A stretch of 64,000 bases of DNA from an uncultured Pelagibacteraceae bacterium (GCA_902628965.1 CACOPB010000001.1:206491-270490); one strand, 5' to 3'. Counted from the first letter of the stretch, positions 31,541 to 41,491 are shown. Numbers and translations are program-made. The notes: generated by a model from the letters alone, not told the origin.

Positions 31541-32977
31541 ATGGATAAAATAGTAATTTACGATACAGAAACAACAAATAGTACAATTTGGGGCTCAATA
31601 ATTGAAGTAGGTGCTGTAGTTGTTGATAAAAACTTAAAAGAAATTGGTAAGCTAAATATTCGTGGCAGAATGCCCGAGGGCGAGGTTCCAAGTGCAAAGG
31701 CCTTATTAGTTAATTCAACAAGTATTGATTTACTTACTAAAGGCAATTACTCGCATTACGATTTTTTAGGCGCAGTAGAAAATTTTTTCTCTAAAGCTGG
31801 TCCAGCATTGTTTATGGGTTGGAGTAACTTAAATTTTGATAGACGAATGTTTCATTTTAATTTTTTTAAAGGGAATAGATATCCTTACATTACACATTCA
31901 TCACCCAATAAAGAACATGACGGTTTACATGTTGCAAGAGTAGCACAAACCTTGAATCCTGAAACATTAAAGACTGAATTAACAGAAGCTGGAAATGAAA
32001 GTCTAGCTTTAGAAGGTCTAGCTAGACAACAAGGATTTGATACATCCCAACAACACACTGCTTATCATGATGCATTCACAAGCTTAAAAATTCTAAGAAT
32101 TATAAAAGACAAACATAAAGACAATTGGGAAAATTTTTTAAGCACATCTACAAAAAATAGCGTTGAAACTATCTTAAAAAGTGAGGGGATTTATTCAATT
32201 TTCGAAAATGTTAAAGGAAAAAATATGATGTATCTTGTCTCTACATTACATCCAGATCATTGTTTTCATCCATCATATGCATCTTGGGGATATTTATTTG
32301 ATTTAAGAAGAGATCCTGAACCTTTGTTAAATTTATCAATAAATGATCTTAAAGTTTATTTAAAAAAGTTTAGTCCAAAAGCACTTAGAGTAATCAAAAC
32401 CAACAAAGCTCCTGTAGTTTTAGATAAAAAGTTTGCATTAAAAGAGAAGGCATATGCTGACTTAGATTTAGAAACAATCCAGAAAAGAGCAAAAATGGTT
32501 AGAAATAGTGAAAATTTTTGTAAAAATATTCAAATCATTAATAGGGAGGCCGCTGAAGAAAAAGCTCAAACTCAAACCCAGGAAGATATGTTGCCTGAAG
32601 AAACTTTATATGAAAAATTCATTCCCAATAAAGACACCCAATTATTTAAAACTTGGCATAGTTCTTCTTGGGAAGATAAATTAAGAATGTTGGATAAGTT
32701 TCAAGATAAAAGATGTAGTTGGTTTGGGCAAAAAATTATTTATCAAGAAGCACCGCATATTTTGCCACCAGATTTATATAAAAATATAAAAAGTGAAATT
32801 GCTAGACGAATTTTAAGCAAAAATAGAGAAAAGTGGCAAACTATAGGAATGGCCTATCAAGAAATTGATACCTTAAGAGATCAAGCATCAAATCGAGATG
32901 ATGAAGAGGAACTAAAAAAATTAGATGAAATAAATGAATTTATTATGTCTATAGAAAAAAAATATGAAATTGCCTAG
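31541..32977 (+). CDS. sbcB: Exodeoxyribonuclease I (DEDDh 3'-5' ssDNA exonuclease)
   Basis: YDTETT (ExoI), NLNFD (ExoII), HTAYHD (ExoIII), IKTNKAP, and the C-terminal ExoI region (ETLYEKFIPNKD). Confidence 0.87.
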   Translation: MDKIVIYDTETTNSTIWGSIIEVGAVVVDKNLKEIGKLNIRGRMPEGEVPSAKALLVNSTSIDLLTKGNYSHYDFLGAVENFFSKAGPALFMGWSNLNFDRRMFHFNFFKGNRYPYITHSSPNKEHDGLHVARVAQTLNPETLKTELTEAGNESLALEGLARQQGFDTSQQHTAYHDAFTSLKILRIIKDKHKDNWENFLSTSTKNSVETILKSEGIYSIFENVKGKNMMYLVSTLHPDHCFHPSYASWGYLFDLRRDPEPLLNLSINDLKVYLKKFSPKALRVIKTNKAPVVLDKKFALKEKAYADLDLETIQKRAKMVRNSENFCKNIQIINREAAEEKAQTQTQEDMLPEETLYEKFIPNKDTQLFKTWHSSSWEDKLRMLDKFQDKRCSWFGQKIIYQEAPHILPPDLYKNIKSEIARRILSKNREKWQTIGMAYQEIDTLRDQASNRDDEEELKKLDEINEFIMSIEKKYEIA

Positions 32978-33011
32978 TTGACTTTAATGCTCTAATTAAT
33001 AGAAAGGAATT

Positions 33012-33329
33012 ATGCTTACAAATTTTAAAGACGAAGATTTTGATACTAAAATTAAAAATGAAGATGTTTCAGTCATCCAGTTTTCAGCTGAGTGGTGTGG
33101 TCCATGTAAGGCACTAAAACCAGTAATGGATAAGTTATCTGATGAATATAAAGATAAGGCTGGTTTCTATTATGCTGATGTTGAAGATGGTGGAATAAAT
33201 ACTGGAAGTGCAGCAGGTATCAGAGGTGTTCCAACAGTTATTATCTATAAAAAAGGTGTTGAAGTAGATAGAAAAGTTGGTGGAGTTCCCGAAAGTCACA
33301 TGAAGGAATTTTTAGATAAAAATATCTAA
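33012..33329 (+). CDS. trxA: Thioredoxin
   Basis: WCGPC, IRGVPT. Confidence 0.96.
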   Translation: MLTNFKDEDFDTKIKNEDVSVIQFSAEWCGPCKALKPVMDKLSDEYKDKAGFYYADVEDGGINTGSAAGIRGVPTVIIYKKGVEVDRKVGGVPESHMKEFLDKNI

Positions 33330-34594
33330 TTTAAATTTAAAACTTCACCGGCAAGATATAACGATCCAGTAATCAGGATTATATCGTTTTCTTTTACTGG
33401 GATTGACTTTATAGCATTTTCTATACTTTCCTTATAATTTATATTTGAAAAGCTGTTTAGCTTATCTTTAAGCTCTTCTCCTTTAATTGAATTAGGTTGA
33501 TTAGGTATATCTATTGTAGTCAATGTAGAGATATCCTTAAAGAAACTCATATATTCATTATGATCTTTATTAGCCATCATTCCAAGAATGATGTGTTTAT
33601 TGCAATCTAAACTTTCCAAGTATTCATTCAAAACTTTTGCTCCCAATGGGTTATGAGATCCATCAACATAAAGTTTGTTATCTTTTACAAGCTCTTTAAG
33701 TTTTCCAGATTTAATTTCTTGTAATCTTGCAATACAATTTATTTTTAAAATACCTTTTTTAATGTGGTCATCTTTAATTTTTAAGTCTTTCAAAATTCTT
33801 AGGGTTGCAATTGCTGTTGAGACATTTTCTAATTGAAATTGACCTTTAACATTTGGCATAGGTAATTTTATTCCCCCAAATTGATCTTCATAATAAAAGA
33901 AGTCATTTTCTTGCATTGTAAAACTATAATTTTCATTATGGAAAAACTTATTTGATCTATTATTTGAAATTGTTTTTTTAATATTTTCTTTAATTTTATT
34001 AGTACTTTGTTTTGCAACTATAATATTTGAGTTTAATAAGCTTGATGTTTTCTCAAAAATAATTTTTTCAACAGTTTGTTCATTTTCAGGTAGCCAATCT
34101 AAATGATCAAGGCCAATAGATGTTACAACGCTAGCAAGGTTATTTTTTAAGATATTAGTAGCGTCAAATCTAAAGAATAATCCACTTTCAATTAAATTGA
34201 TATTATCTGGGTATTGAGATGCTTTTAAAAAATAGGCTGCAGTCAGTATTTCAAAAAAAGTAATTGGTTCACCATTGTTAGCTTCCTCAACTTCTCCAAG
34301 TAAATTTGCCAAATCTGCATCATTCAATTCTTCATTATTAAAAATAAACCTTTCATTGATACTTTTAATATGAGGACTAGTGTAGATATTACAATTGAAA
34401 TTTGCTTCCTTTAAAATAGAAAACATTGCTTGGATAGTTGAGTACTTTCCATTAGTACCAACAATTGAAATTGCTTTGATTTTATCTTGAGGGTTGCCTA
34501 TTTTTTTGCAGAGACTTTGAATACGATCTAGACTTAAATCTATTTCTTTAGGATGCAGCTCTTGTAAGCGACTGACTATCTTCTGAAGTTTCAT
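33326..34594 (-). CDS. folC: Folylpolyglutamate synthase / dihydrofolate synthase
   Basis: GTNGK, YTSPH, TFFEILT, IESGL..DATN, DGSHN, ITGSLYLAGE. Confidence 0.95.
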   Translation of the reverse strand: MKLQKIVSRLQELHPKEIDLSLDRIQSLCKKIGNPQDKIKAISIVGTNGKYSTIQAMFSILKEANFNCNIYTSPHIKSINERFIFNNEELNDADLANLLGEVEEANNGEPITFFEILTAAYFLKASQYPDNINLIESGLFFRFDATNILKNNLASVVTSIGLDHLDWLPENEQTVEKIIFEKTSSLLNSNIIVAKQSTNKIKENIKKTISNNRSNKFFHNENYSFTMQENDFFYYEDQFGGIKLPMPNVKGQFQLENVSTAIATLRILKDLKIKDDHIKKGILKINCIARLQEIKSGKLKELVKDNKLYVDGSHNPLGAKVLNEYLESLDCNKHIILGMMANKDHNEYMSFFKDISTLTTIDIPNQPNSIKGEELKDKLNSFSNINYKESIENAIKSIPVKENDIILITGSLYLAGEVLNLN

Positions 34595-35477
34595 TTTGTT
34601 CAGCACTTATATCAGAATTTTTCTTTAACAATATTGCTAATAAAGTTCCAATTTTAGATGCGAGATCTTTACGTTCAACGATTAAATCTACAAAACCAGT
34701 TTTTTCAACATATTCACTTTTTTGAAAACCTTCAGGAAGTTCTTCTTTAACAGTTCCTTGAATTACTCTTGCACCTGCAAATGCAATTAAAGCTCCTGGT
34801 TCTGCAATATGAATATCACCTAACATAGCGTATGATGCGGTTATACCTCCTGCTGTTGGATCAGTGATACAAACCAAATACGGAAGTCCATTTTTTTTTA
34901 ATTCATTAATTGCAAGCGTTGTTCTCGTCATTTGAGATAATGATATTAAACTTTCCATCATTCTCATTCCTCCACCAGCGCTAATACATAAAAAAGGTGT
35001 TTGATTTTCTATCGCATGCTGTATTCCATATAAAAAAGCTTCACCTTCTGCTGCTGCCATTGAAGCACCTAAAAAATCAAAATCAGATGCTACAGCTGTA
35101 ATTTTAATATTATTTATAGTTCCAGAAGCAACCATCATTCCACATTCTAATCCTGTTTTTTTTCTGGCGTTTTTTAATCTTTCCTTGTAGGACTTCGAAT
35201 CTGTCCAATTTAGTGGGTCATCTTTAGGGATTGGGGTTTTAAAAATTTCGTAATTATTTTTTCCAAACAATATATCAAATCTTTGATGTGGTTTTAATCT
35301 ATGATGACGCTTACAATCTGGACAAACCCATAAGTTTTCTTCTAACTCCTTTTTTAAAATTGGACCCTTACAACATGACGTCCAATCACTTTTTGCAATA
35401 TCCTCTTTTGTAGCTCTTTCACGTATAGCAGTTTTAATTTTTTCACCTGCTTTGATAATTTTAGTTATCCAGTTCAT
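34548..35477 (-). CDS. accD: Acetyl-CoA carboxylase carboxyltransferase beta subunit
   Basis: GGGMRMMES, DPTAGGITAS, FAGARVI, FQKSE. Confidence 0.96.
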   Translation of the reverse strand: MNWITKIIKAGEKIKTAIRERATKEDIAKSDWTSCCKGPILKKELEENLWVCPDCKRHHRLKPHQRFDILFGKNNYEIFKTPIPKDDPLNWTDSKSYKERLKNARKKTGLECGMMVASGTINNIKITAVASDFDFLGASMAAAEGEAFLYGIQHAIENQTPFLCISAGGGMRMMESLISLSQMTRTTLAINELKKNGLPYLVCITDPTAGGITASYAMLGDIHIAEPGALIAFAGARVIQGTVKEELPEGFQKSEYVEKTGFVDLIVERKDLASKIGTLLAILLKKNSDISAEQNETSEDSQSLTRAAS

Positions 35478-36274
35478 TTAATTTTATTTTTTAGTTTTTT
35501 AACTATATTAGTAACATTTGTGACCGCATTTTGTCTCTTTTCAATTGATTTAGAAATTTCCTTACAAATTGCACTACCAACCACCAAACCATCAGCTTTT
35601 TTAAGAGATCGGATGGTTTTTTCCGTAATTCCAAAACCAATAACTACATTTTTGGATTTATTTTGTTTTTTTATTTTGTTGTATTTTTCTAATATTTTTT
35701 TTGGGGATACTTTAAGCTTTCCACCAGTTGTAGATAACATACTTATATAATAAAGCATGTCATGCGAATCTTTTATAATCTTTTTTAATCTTATATGGGA
35801 AGTAGTTGGTGAAACCAATTGAATGAAATTAATTTTTTTTTTTTTGCATTTAGAAGCAAAATTTTTATTTTCTGGATAAGGTAAATCAACAACTATTAAA
35901 CCATCCACTTTAGATTTTTTGCATTTTTCTAAAAATTTATTTTCATTATATTGATAGATCATATTGTAATAACCCATTAGTATAATAGGCTTATTTTTCT
36001 TAATTTTTTTAAAATTTTTTACGATCGAGAATACATCTTTAATTTTAATTCCATTTTTGATTGCTCGATAAGCGCTGGTTTGTATTTGCCCTCCGTCAGC
36101 TATTGGAGTGTTGTGTGGAAAACCTAACTCACAGATATCTGCATAATTTGAAATCGATTTCAGTATTTCTAAAGATTTTTTTTTGTTATAATCTCCAGCA
36201 ACAGTATAAGTCAGTAAGGCTGGTCTATTTTCGCTCTTAGCATTTGAGAAAGCCTTGTTGATTAATGAGATCAT
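35474..36274 (-). CDS. trpA: Tryptophan synthase alpha chain
   Basis: ELGFP...ADGGQIQ, LMGYYN, DGLIVVDLP, GFGI, DGLVVGSA. Confidence 0.95.
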   Translation of the reverse strand: MISLINKAFSNAKSENRPALLTYTVAGDYNKKKSLEILKSISNYADICELGFPHNTPIADGGQIQTSAYRAIKNGIKIKDVFSIVKNFKKIKKNKPIILMGYYNMIYQYNENKFLEKCKKSKVDGLIVVDLPYPENKNFASKCKKKKINFIQLVSPTTSHIRLKKIIKDSHDMLYYISMLSTTGGKLKVSPKKILEKYNKIKKQNKSKNVVIGFGITEKTIRSLKKADGLVVGSAICKEISKSIEKRQNAVTNVTNIVKKLKNKIK

Positions 36275-36279
36275 TAATT

Positions 36280-37503
36280 TTAACCCAATCTTTCTCTTAA
36301 AATATCTCTATCTTTTTTAGCATCACCACAAGAGTTAACGATTATGATTGTGTCTTTGTTTAATTTTGGGGCAATTTTAATTGCTTCTGCAAATGCATGA
36401 CTAGGTTCTAAACTTGGATTAAGCTTTTCAAATTTAGTTACCATGACGTGTGCTTTTAGCGCTTCTTCATCAGTTGCGTAAGTGTATCTAGCTCGTTGTG
36501 TATCTTTTAAAAAACAATGTATTGGACTTACACCAGGGTAATCCAATCCAGCACTAATTGATTCAGTGTCATTTATTTGACCTTCATTATCTTGACAAAC
36601 ATAAGAAGCTGCACCATGTAAAATTCCAATTTTAGCATTTCTACTTAAAGGAGCAGCATGAAGTTTGGATTTTTTTGGACCGCCAGCCTCTACACCAACT
36701 AACTCTATTTGAGATTTATTAAAATCTATAAATTCACTCCAAAACCCATATGCTGAACTTCCACCACCAACACAGTTAATTAATTTAATTTTTTTTGGAA
36801 TTTTTTTGAACTCTTGTATGATTTGTATTTTTAATTCTCTAGAAATTTGTGCTGTACTCCATCCACAAATTTTTACAAATATATTTGGACCAACTGTGCT
36901 TCCAACACACATGTGTGTAGTATCACAATTTGATACCCAATATCTCATACACTCACTGACTGCATCAACCAAGGTTTGACTGCCTGAATATACAGGAACG
37001 ATTTCAGCACCATTTTTTCTCATAGCATCACAATTTGGTTTTTGTCTCTTGATATCTTTTGCACCCATAAAAATTTTACATTTGAGACCAAATTTCTTTG
37101 CAGCCATACTTAACATTTTACCAGCATAACCGGCACCAGTGTCACCAACTATATATTTTTTACCCATGGCCTTGCAAATTAAGGCATGAACAGTCGCATT
37201 ATATATTTTATGGGCACCACCATTAGCCTCCGATACAATTTTAGCCCATATTTGAGCACCACCCAAATGATTAGATAAGTTTTCCAATTTTACAAATGAT
37301 GTGGGTGACCCTATATAATTCTTAAAATAATAATCTCTTTTTTTTAAAAATTTCTTATTATTTCTTAATTTTGAAAACTCCCGTGTCAGATCTTCCACAG
37401 GCTTTTTTAAAGTTTCAGGAATAAAACTTCCTCCAAATTTACCCCCCCAAAAACCGTAACCATCATGTTGGTCAATTAATGGAATTTTTTTTTTAAGTTT
37501 CAT
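36280..37503 (-). CDS. trpB: Tryptophan synthase beta chain (divergent active site)
   Basis: PLP Lys in GAHKIYN, CVGGGS, SISAGLDYPG; lies between trpF and trpA. Confidence 0.9.
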   Translation of the reverse strand: MKLKKKIPLIDQHDGYGFWGGKFGGSFIPETLKKPVEDLTREFSKLRNNKKFLKKRDYYFKNYIGSPTSFVKLENLSNHLGGAQIWAKIVSEANGGAHKIYNATVHALICKAMGKKYIVGDTGAGYAGKMLSMAAKKFGLKCKIFMGAKDIKRQKPNCDAMRKNGAEIVPVYSGSQTLVDAVSECMRYWVSNCDTTHMCVGSTVGPNIFVKICGWSTAQISRELKIQIIQEFKKIPKKIKLINCVGGGSSAYGFWSEFIDFNKSQIELVGVEAGGPKKSKLHAAPLSRNAKIGILHGAASYVCQDNEGQINDTESISAGLDYPGVSPIHCFLKDTQRARYTYATDEEALKAHVMVTKFEKLNPSLEPSHAFAEAIKIAPKLNKDTIIIVNSCGDAKKDRDILRERLG

Positions 37504-38122
37504 TTTGAATTTTATTTATATTATTTAAAAAAATTTCTATTTTGGATTTATCTTTTAATCCAGAAGTTTCTAGGCCTCCAGATAAATCTAAAAAATCAAC
37601 ATTTTTTTCATAATTCTTAAGATTATTATCGAATTTAATATTGCCGGCTAACATCAATTCTTTGTTGAGCTTGATATTTTTAATTAATTTATGGTTAAAT
37701 CCTTGACTTTTTTCATAACCTTTGCTGTCAAATAAATAAATATCTGTTACATCAGTAAATAATTTATATTTAATAACATCAGCTTCATCTTTAATTGTTA
37801 ATGCTGTAATAATCTTTTTATTATATTTTTGTTTAATAATTTTAATTTCATCTGCAGAGCAATCGTAAAGTTGATAATAATCAAAAGGTAAATTTTTTAT
37901 TTGCTCTAAAATTTCTTCGGTAGGTTTTACCAAAACAGCAACAAATTTAATTTTATTTTTTTCAACATTTAACAATTTTTTTAGATCTTTAAGAGCAACA
38001 TATCTGGGACTCTTTGGATAATTACAGATAAAACCGACAAATTTTGGAGGATATGTATGATTAATTATAAAGTTTAGAGTATCTGGATCTTTTATTCCAC
38101 AAATTTTACATCCTTTAATCAT
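37493..38122 (-). CDS. trpF: Phosphoribosylanthranilate isomerase
   Basis: KICGI, GFI...SPRYV, QL, LFDS, LAG, DLSGGLE. Confidence 0.92.
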   Translation of the reverse strand: MIKGCKICGIKDPDTLNFIINHTYPPKFVGFICNYPKSPRYVALKDLKKLLNVEKNKIKFVAVLVKPTEEILEQIKNLPFDYYQLYDCSADEIKIIKQKYNKKIITALTIKDEADVIKYKLFTDVTDIYLFDSKGYEKSQGFNHKLIKNIKLNKELMLAGNIKFDNNLKNYEKNVDFLDLSGGLETSGLKDKSKIEIFLNNINKIQNET

Positions 38123-38811
38123 TTGCTGAGATTATCAAGGAGTCTTATTGTATTATTTTTTATATTACCTTTTGTAAGAGATCTTCCTATAACAATAGCT
38201 GAAACCTTATTATTAAAAGCGTCTTTTGGTGTCATGACTCTCATTTGGTCATTAGAACTATCTCCTGGTAATCTTATTCCTGGAGTTATTATTAATAAAT
38301 TTTTGTACTTTTTTCGAACCATCATAGCTTCTTGGGCAGAACATACTATTCCATCACAACCTGATTTTTTTATAAGATTGGCTTGTTTCATAACTAATTG
38401 TTTAATTTTTTTAGAATAACCTATTTGTCTAAGTGATTTACTATTAAGGCTTGTTAAGATTGTTACTCCCAGTATTTTTAAATTTTTATTTATTTTTTTT
38501 GCTTTTATCTTCACTGCTTTAAGCATTTCTAAACCTCCATTTGCATGAACAGTGATGTATTTACATTTTTTTAAATCTTTTAAGCTATCAATTGCAGATA
38601 AGGCTGTTTGTGGAATATCATTTATTTTCAAATCTAGCCAGAAGTCTATTTTTATTTCTTCTAAGAATTTTCTACCCTTCTTAGAGTAAAAAAATTGGAG
38701 ACCAAACTTTGGAATAATACTAATTTTATTTGTTCTTGTTTGTTTAATTATTTTTTTAATTTTATTTAGATTTGAAGTATCACAAGCAACAAAAATAGTT
38801 CTATTCTTCAT
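38119..38811 (-). CDS. pyrF: Orotidine-5'-phosphate decarboxylase
   Basis: DLKINDIPQT, GVTILTS, CS, TPGIR, VIGRS. Confidence 0.95.
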   Translation of the reverse strand: MKNRTIFVACDTSNLNKIKKIIKQTRTNKISIIPKFGLQFFYSKKGRKFLEEIKIDFWLDLKINDIPQTALSAIDSLKDLKKCKYITVHANGGLEMLKAVKIKAKKINKNLKILGVTILTSLNSKSLRQIGYSKKIKQLVMKQANLIKKSGCDGIVCSAQEAMMVRKKYKNLLIITPGIRLPGDSSNDQMRVMTPKDAFNNKVSAIVIGRSLTKGNIKNNTIRLLDNLSK

Positions 38812-39094
38812 TATTATTCAATTTTTTAAACAAGTCTTTAGACATTTTAAAGTGAATTGTTTTTTTTTCTGGGGTATTAACTTTTTCACCGGTTTTTGGA
38901 TTCCTCGAAATTCTGGCTTTTTGAATTTTTGTGGAGAAAATACCAAAATCCCTAAGCTCCACTCTATCACCTCTTTTCAGAGCCCTTTTTATTTCCTCTA
39001 AAATGATATTAGTGAACTTTTCTAGATCTTTCTTTAAGAAATTGGGATAATTATTGGAGAGTTGTTTTAAAAGCTTTGATTTTACAATAGCCAA
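38801..39094 (-). CDS. ihfB: Integration host factor beta subunit
   Basis: TTG start; RVELRDFGIF, RNPKTGE; follows rpsA. Confidence 0.9.
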   Translation of the reverse strand: MAIVKSKLLKQLSNNYPNFLKKDLEKFTNIILEEIKRALKRGDRVELRDFGIFSTKIQKARISRNPKTGEKVNTPEKKTIHFKMSKDLFKKLNNNEE

Positions 39095-39110
39095 TTTATT
39101 TATTCTCTAA

Positions 39111-40835
39111 TTATTTTTCTTCTTCTTTTTTTTTTAGATCATCAGATAAGGATGAAAAAGGCAGATTTTTACCAGAACCCTCAGATCCATATTTTTCTAA
39201 AGCTTCTTTTTTTTCAATTTCTTCTAAAAGTTTTATGCTTAATGTTACTTTTCTCTTATTCAAATCTATATCTGCAATTGCACAGTCTAGCTTTTCACCA
39301 CCAGTCCATCTGCTAGGTCTTGCATCAGCTGGATTTATCGCTATAGCAGATTTTTTGATTAAAAAATCCAATTCGCAACCTTCAGGTCTAACTGTTAAAC
39401 CCTTGTTATCAGTAGAAATAACTTTAACAGTTATAATTTGATTTTTAGACTTATCATTAAACCAGTCAAATGGATCTGGTTGTGTTTGTCTTAAACCCAC
39501 TCTTATTTTTTGTTCAGATGATTTGATTTCTAAAACTTTTACTTTAATTTTGTCACCTTTTTTATAATTTGCTAACTCTTCCTCACCATTATTTTGATAG
39601 GTTAGATCATTACAATGTAAAAATGCATCAATATCCAGATTTTCAATTTTTACAAATAAAGAATATTCATTTTTATTAACTACTTCACCTTCTACAACTG
39701 TTCCAATTGGATATTTGTTCTCGAAAACTTCAAATGGATTTTCTTGAGTAAGTCTGTGTGAGATTGCTACTCTTCTTTTATCTTTGTCAATTTCAGTGAT
39801 CACACAATCTATTTCATCACCCAGCTTAAACATTTTTTTTGTAGAAAGATTTTTTTTTGTCCAGCTAATCTCGCTTGAATGAAGTAATGTTGTTAAACCT
39901 GGTTCTAATTCACAAAATGCGCCAAAGTCCATCAACTTAACAACTTTTACTTTATAGATTTTGTTTAATTCATAATTTTCAATATGTTCAAACGGATCTG
40001 GAGATAATTGTTTCACAGAACAACCCACCTGCAGTTTATCTTTATCAACACTTATAACTTTTAGGTCATGTTTTTCACCAATTGTGAAAACCTCGTCTGG
40101 ATGGTTAACTCTAGAGTAAGATATTTCTTGAAGGTGAACCAACACATCAAGTTCGCCATTTACATGAAAAAAACATCCAAAAGAACTGTACCCTTTAACC
40201 TCTGCATTTTTAATAATGTCTCCAACTTTGTATTTTTCAATAATTTTTGCTTTATCCTCTTTTTTAAATGATGAAATAATCTCTCTTCTAGAAACACATG
40301 CATTACCTCTTACTTTATCCAGTTTAATTAGAGCAAATTTTTGAGGTTCATTCATAAGATGACTTATATCCTTTAAAGGTTTATCACTTATTTGAGATCC
40401 AGGGAGAAACATTAATGAACCAGTATCTATATGCTCAACAATACATCCACCCTTACATTTTGAAGTAATCTTTCCCATTATGGGTTCATTTTTTTCGTAA
40501 GCCTCAACTAATTTATCCCACCCTTTAATTTTTTGTGCTTTGCTAGCTGAAACTAAAACTTCACCATGTTTATCTTCGATTTTTTCTAAAAGTACTGGAA
40601 TAATTTCTCCAATTTTGATTTTTTCAGATAAACCCATGCTTTTTAATTCGTTTATATCTAAAACAGGCTCTGATTTTAAACCTTCTACAAAAAGAAAAAC
40701 AAATTTTTCAGTAATTTTATTAATTTTACCTTCTATTATTTTTCCTTCTTCTATTTGAACTTTTGAAAGTTGACTATTTAGGAGTTTCTCAAATTCTTGT
40801 GACGCTGGGTTTGAAAGATCTTTGTAAATTTCCAT
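39111..40835 (-). CDS. rpsA: 30S ribosomal protein S1
   Basis: Repeated S1 domains (FLPGSQI, LVHLQEIS, LLHSSEISW); cmk-rpsA-ihfB order. Confidence 0.96.
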   Translation of the reverse strand: MEIYKDLSNPASQEFEKLLNSQLSKVQIEEGKIIEGKINKITEKFVFLFVEGLKSEPVLDINELKSMGLSEKIKIGEIIPVLLEKIEDKHGEVLVSASKAQKIKGWDKLVEAYEKNEPIMGKITSKCKGGCIVEHIDTGSLMFLPGSQISDKPLKDISHLMNEPQKFALIKLDKVRGNACVSRREIISSFKKEDKAKIIEKYKVGDIIKNAEVKGYSSFGCFFHVNGELDVLVHLQEISYSRVNHPDEVFTIGEKHDLKVISVDKDKLQVGCSVKQLSPDPFEHIENYELNKIYKVKVVKLMDFGAFCELEPGLTTLLHSSEISWTKKNLSTKKMFKLGDEIDCVITEIDKDKRRVAISHRLTQENPFEVFENKYPIGTVVEGEVVNKNEYSLFVKIENLDIDAFLHCNDLTYQNNGEEELANYKKGDKIKVKVLEIKSSEQKIRVGLRQTQPDPFDWFNDKSKNQIITVKVISTDNKGLTVRPEGCELDFLIKKSAIAINPADARPSRWTGGEKLDCAIADIDLNKRKVTLSIKLLEEIEKKEALEKYGSEGSGKNLPFSSLSDDLKKKEEEK

Positions 40836-41491
40836 TAATTAATAATTTTCCTATCTATTATTTTTTTTATTTTTAAAAAACATGCCCTTTTAGTAAGGTT
40901 TGTCGTATTAATCAATAGTGAATCTTTTGTTTTTCTCAGTGGTGATATTTTTCTATTAAAGTCACTTTTATCGCGTTTTTTAATACTTTTAAGGACTTCC
41001 TGATATTTTATTTTTTTATTTAATAAATTTAATTCCTTATATCTCCTTAATGCGCGTGTTTTTAAATTAGCTGTGATGTAAAATTTAAAATCAGCGTCGG
41101 GAATTATTTTATAAGTAATATCCCTTCCATCTAAACACGAGCCTCGATATTTTCTTGGAGGATTGTAAGCAAAGTTTATTTGGAAGGAATGTACTAATTT
41201 TCTAATGCCTTTGACTTTAGAAATAATTGATGCTTCAATACCCACTTCATCAGATAATAACCTCTTATCTGAGAGATCTCGCATTGAAAGTAATTTAATT
41301 TTAGACTTAATAAACTTTTGATTAAATTTTTTTGGGTATTTTAATTTTAAATATGCAATAAATCTATAAATTTTTCCCGTATCTAAATAAAATAGATTAT
41401 AATGAATAGATATTGATTTTGCTATGGTACCTGCACCAGCTGCTGCAGGAGAGTCAATCGCTATTTTTAATATATTTTTTCTTTTAATCAT
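40835..41491 (-). CDS. cmk: Cytidylate kinase (P-loop Lys replaced by Ala)
   Basis: IAID.PA, LDTG..YR, DGRDI, RD..D..R.ISPL; aroA-cmk-rpsA order. Confidence 0.9.
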   Translation of the reverse strand: MIKRKNILKIAIDSPAAAGAGTIAKSISIHYNLFYLDTGKIYRFIAYLKLKYPKKFNQKFIKSKIKLLSMRDLSDKRLLSDEVGIEASIISKVKGIRKLVHSFQINFAYNPPRKYRGSCLDGRDITYKIIPDADFKFYITANLKTRALRRYKELNLLNKKIKYQEVLKSIKKRDKSDFNRKISPLRKTKDSLLINTTNLTKRACFLKIKKIIDRKIIN

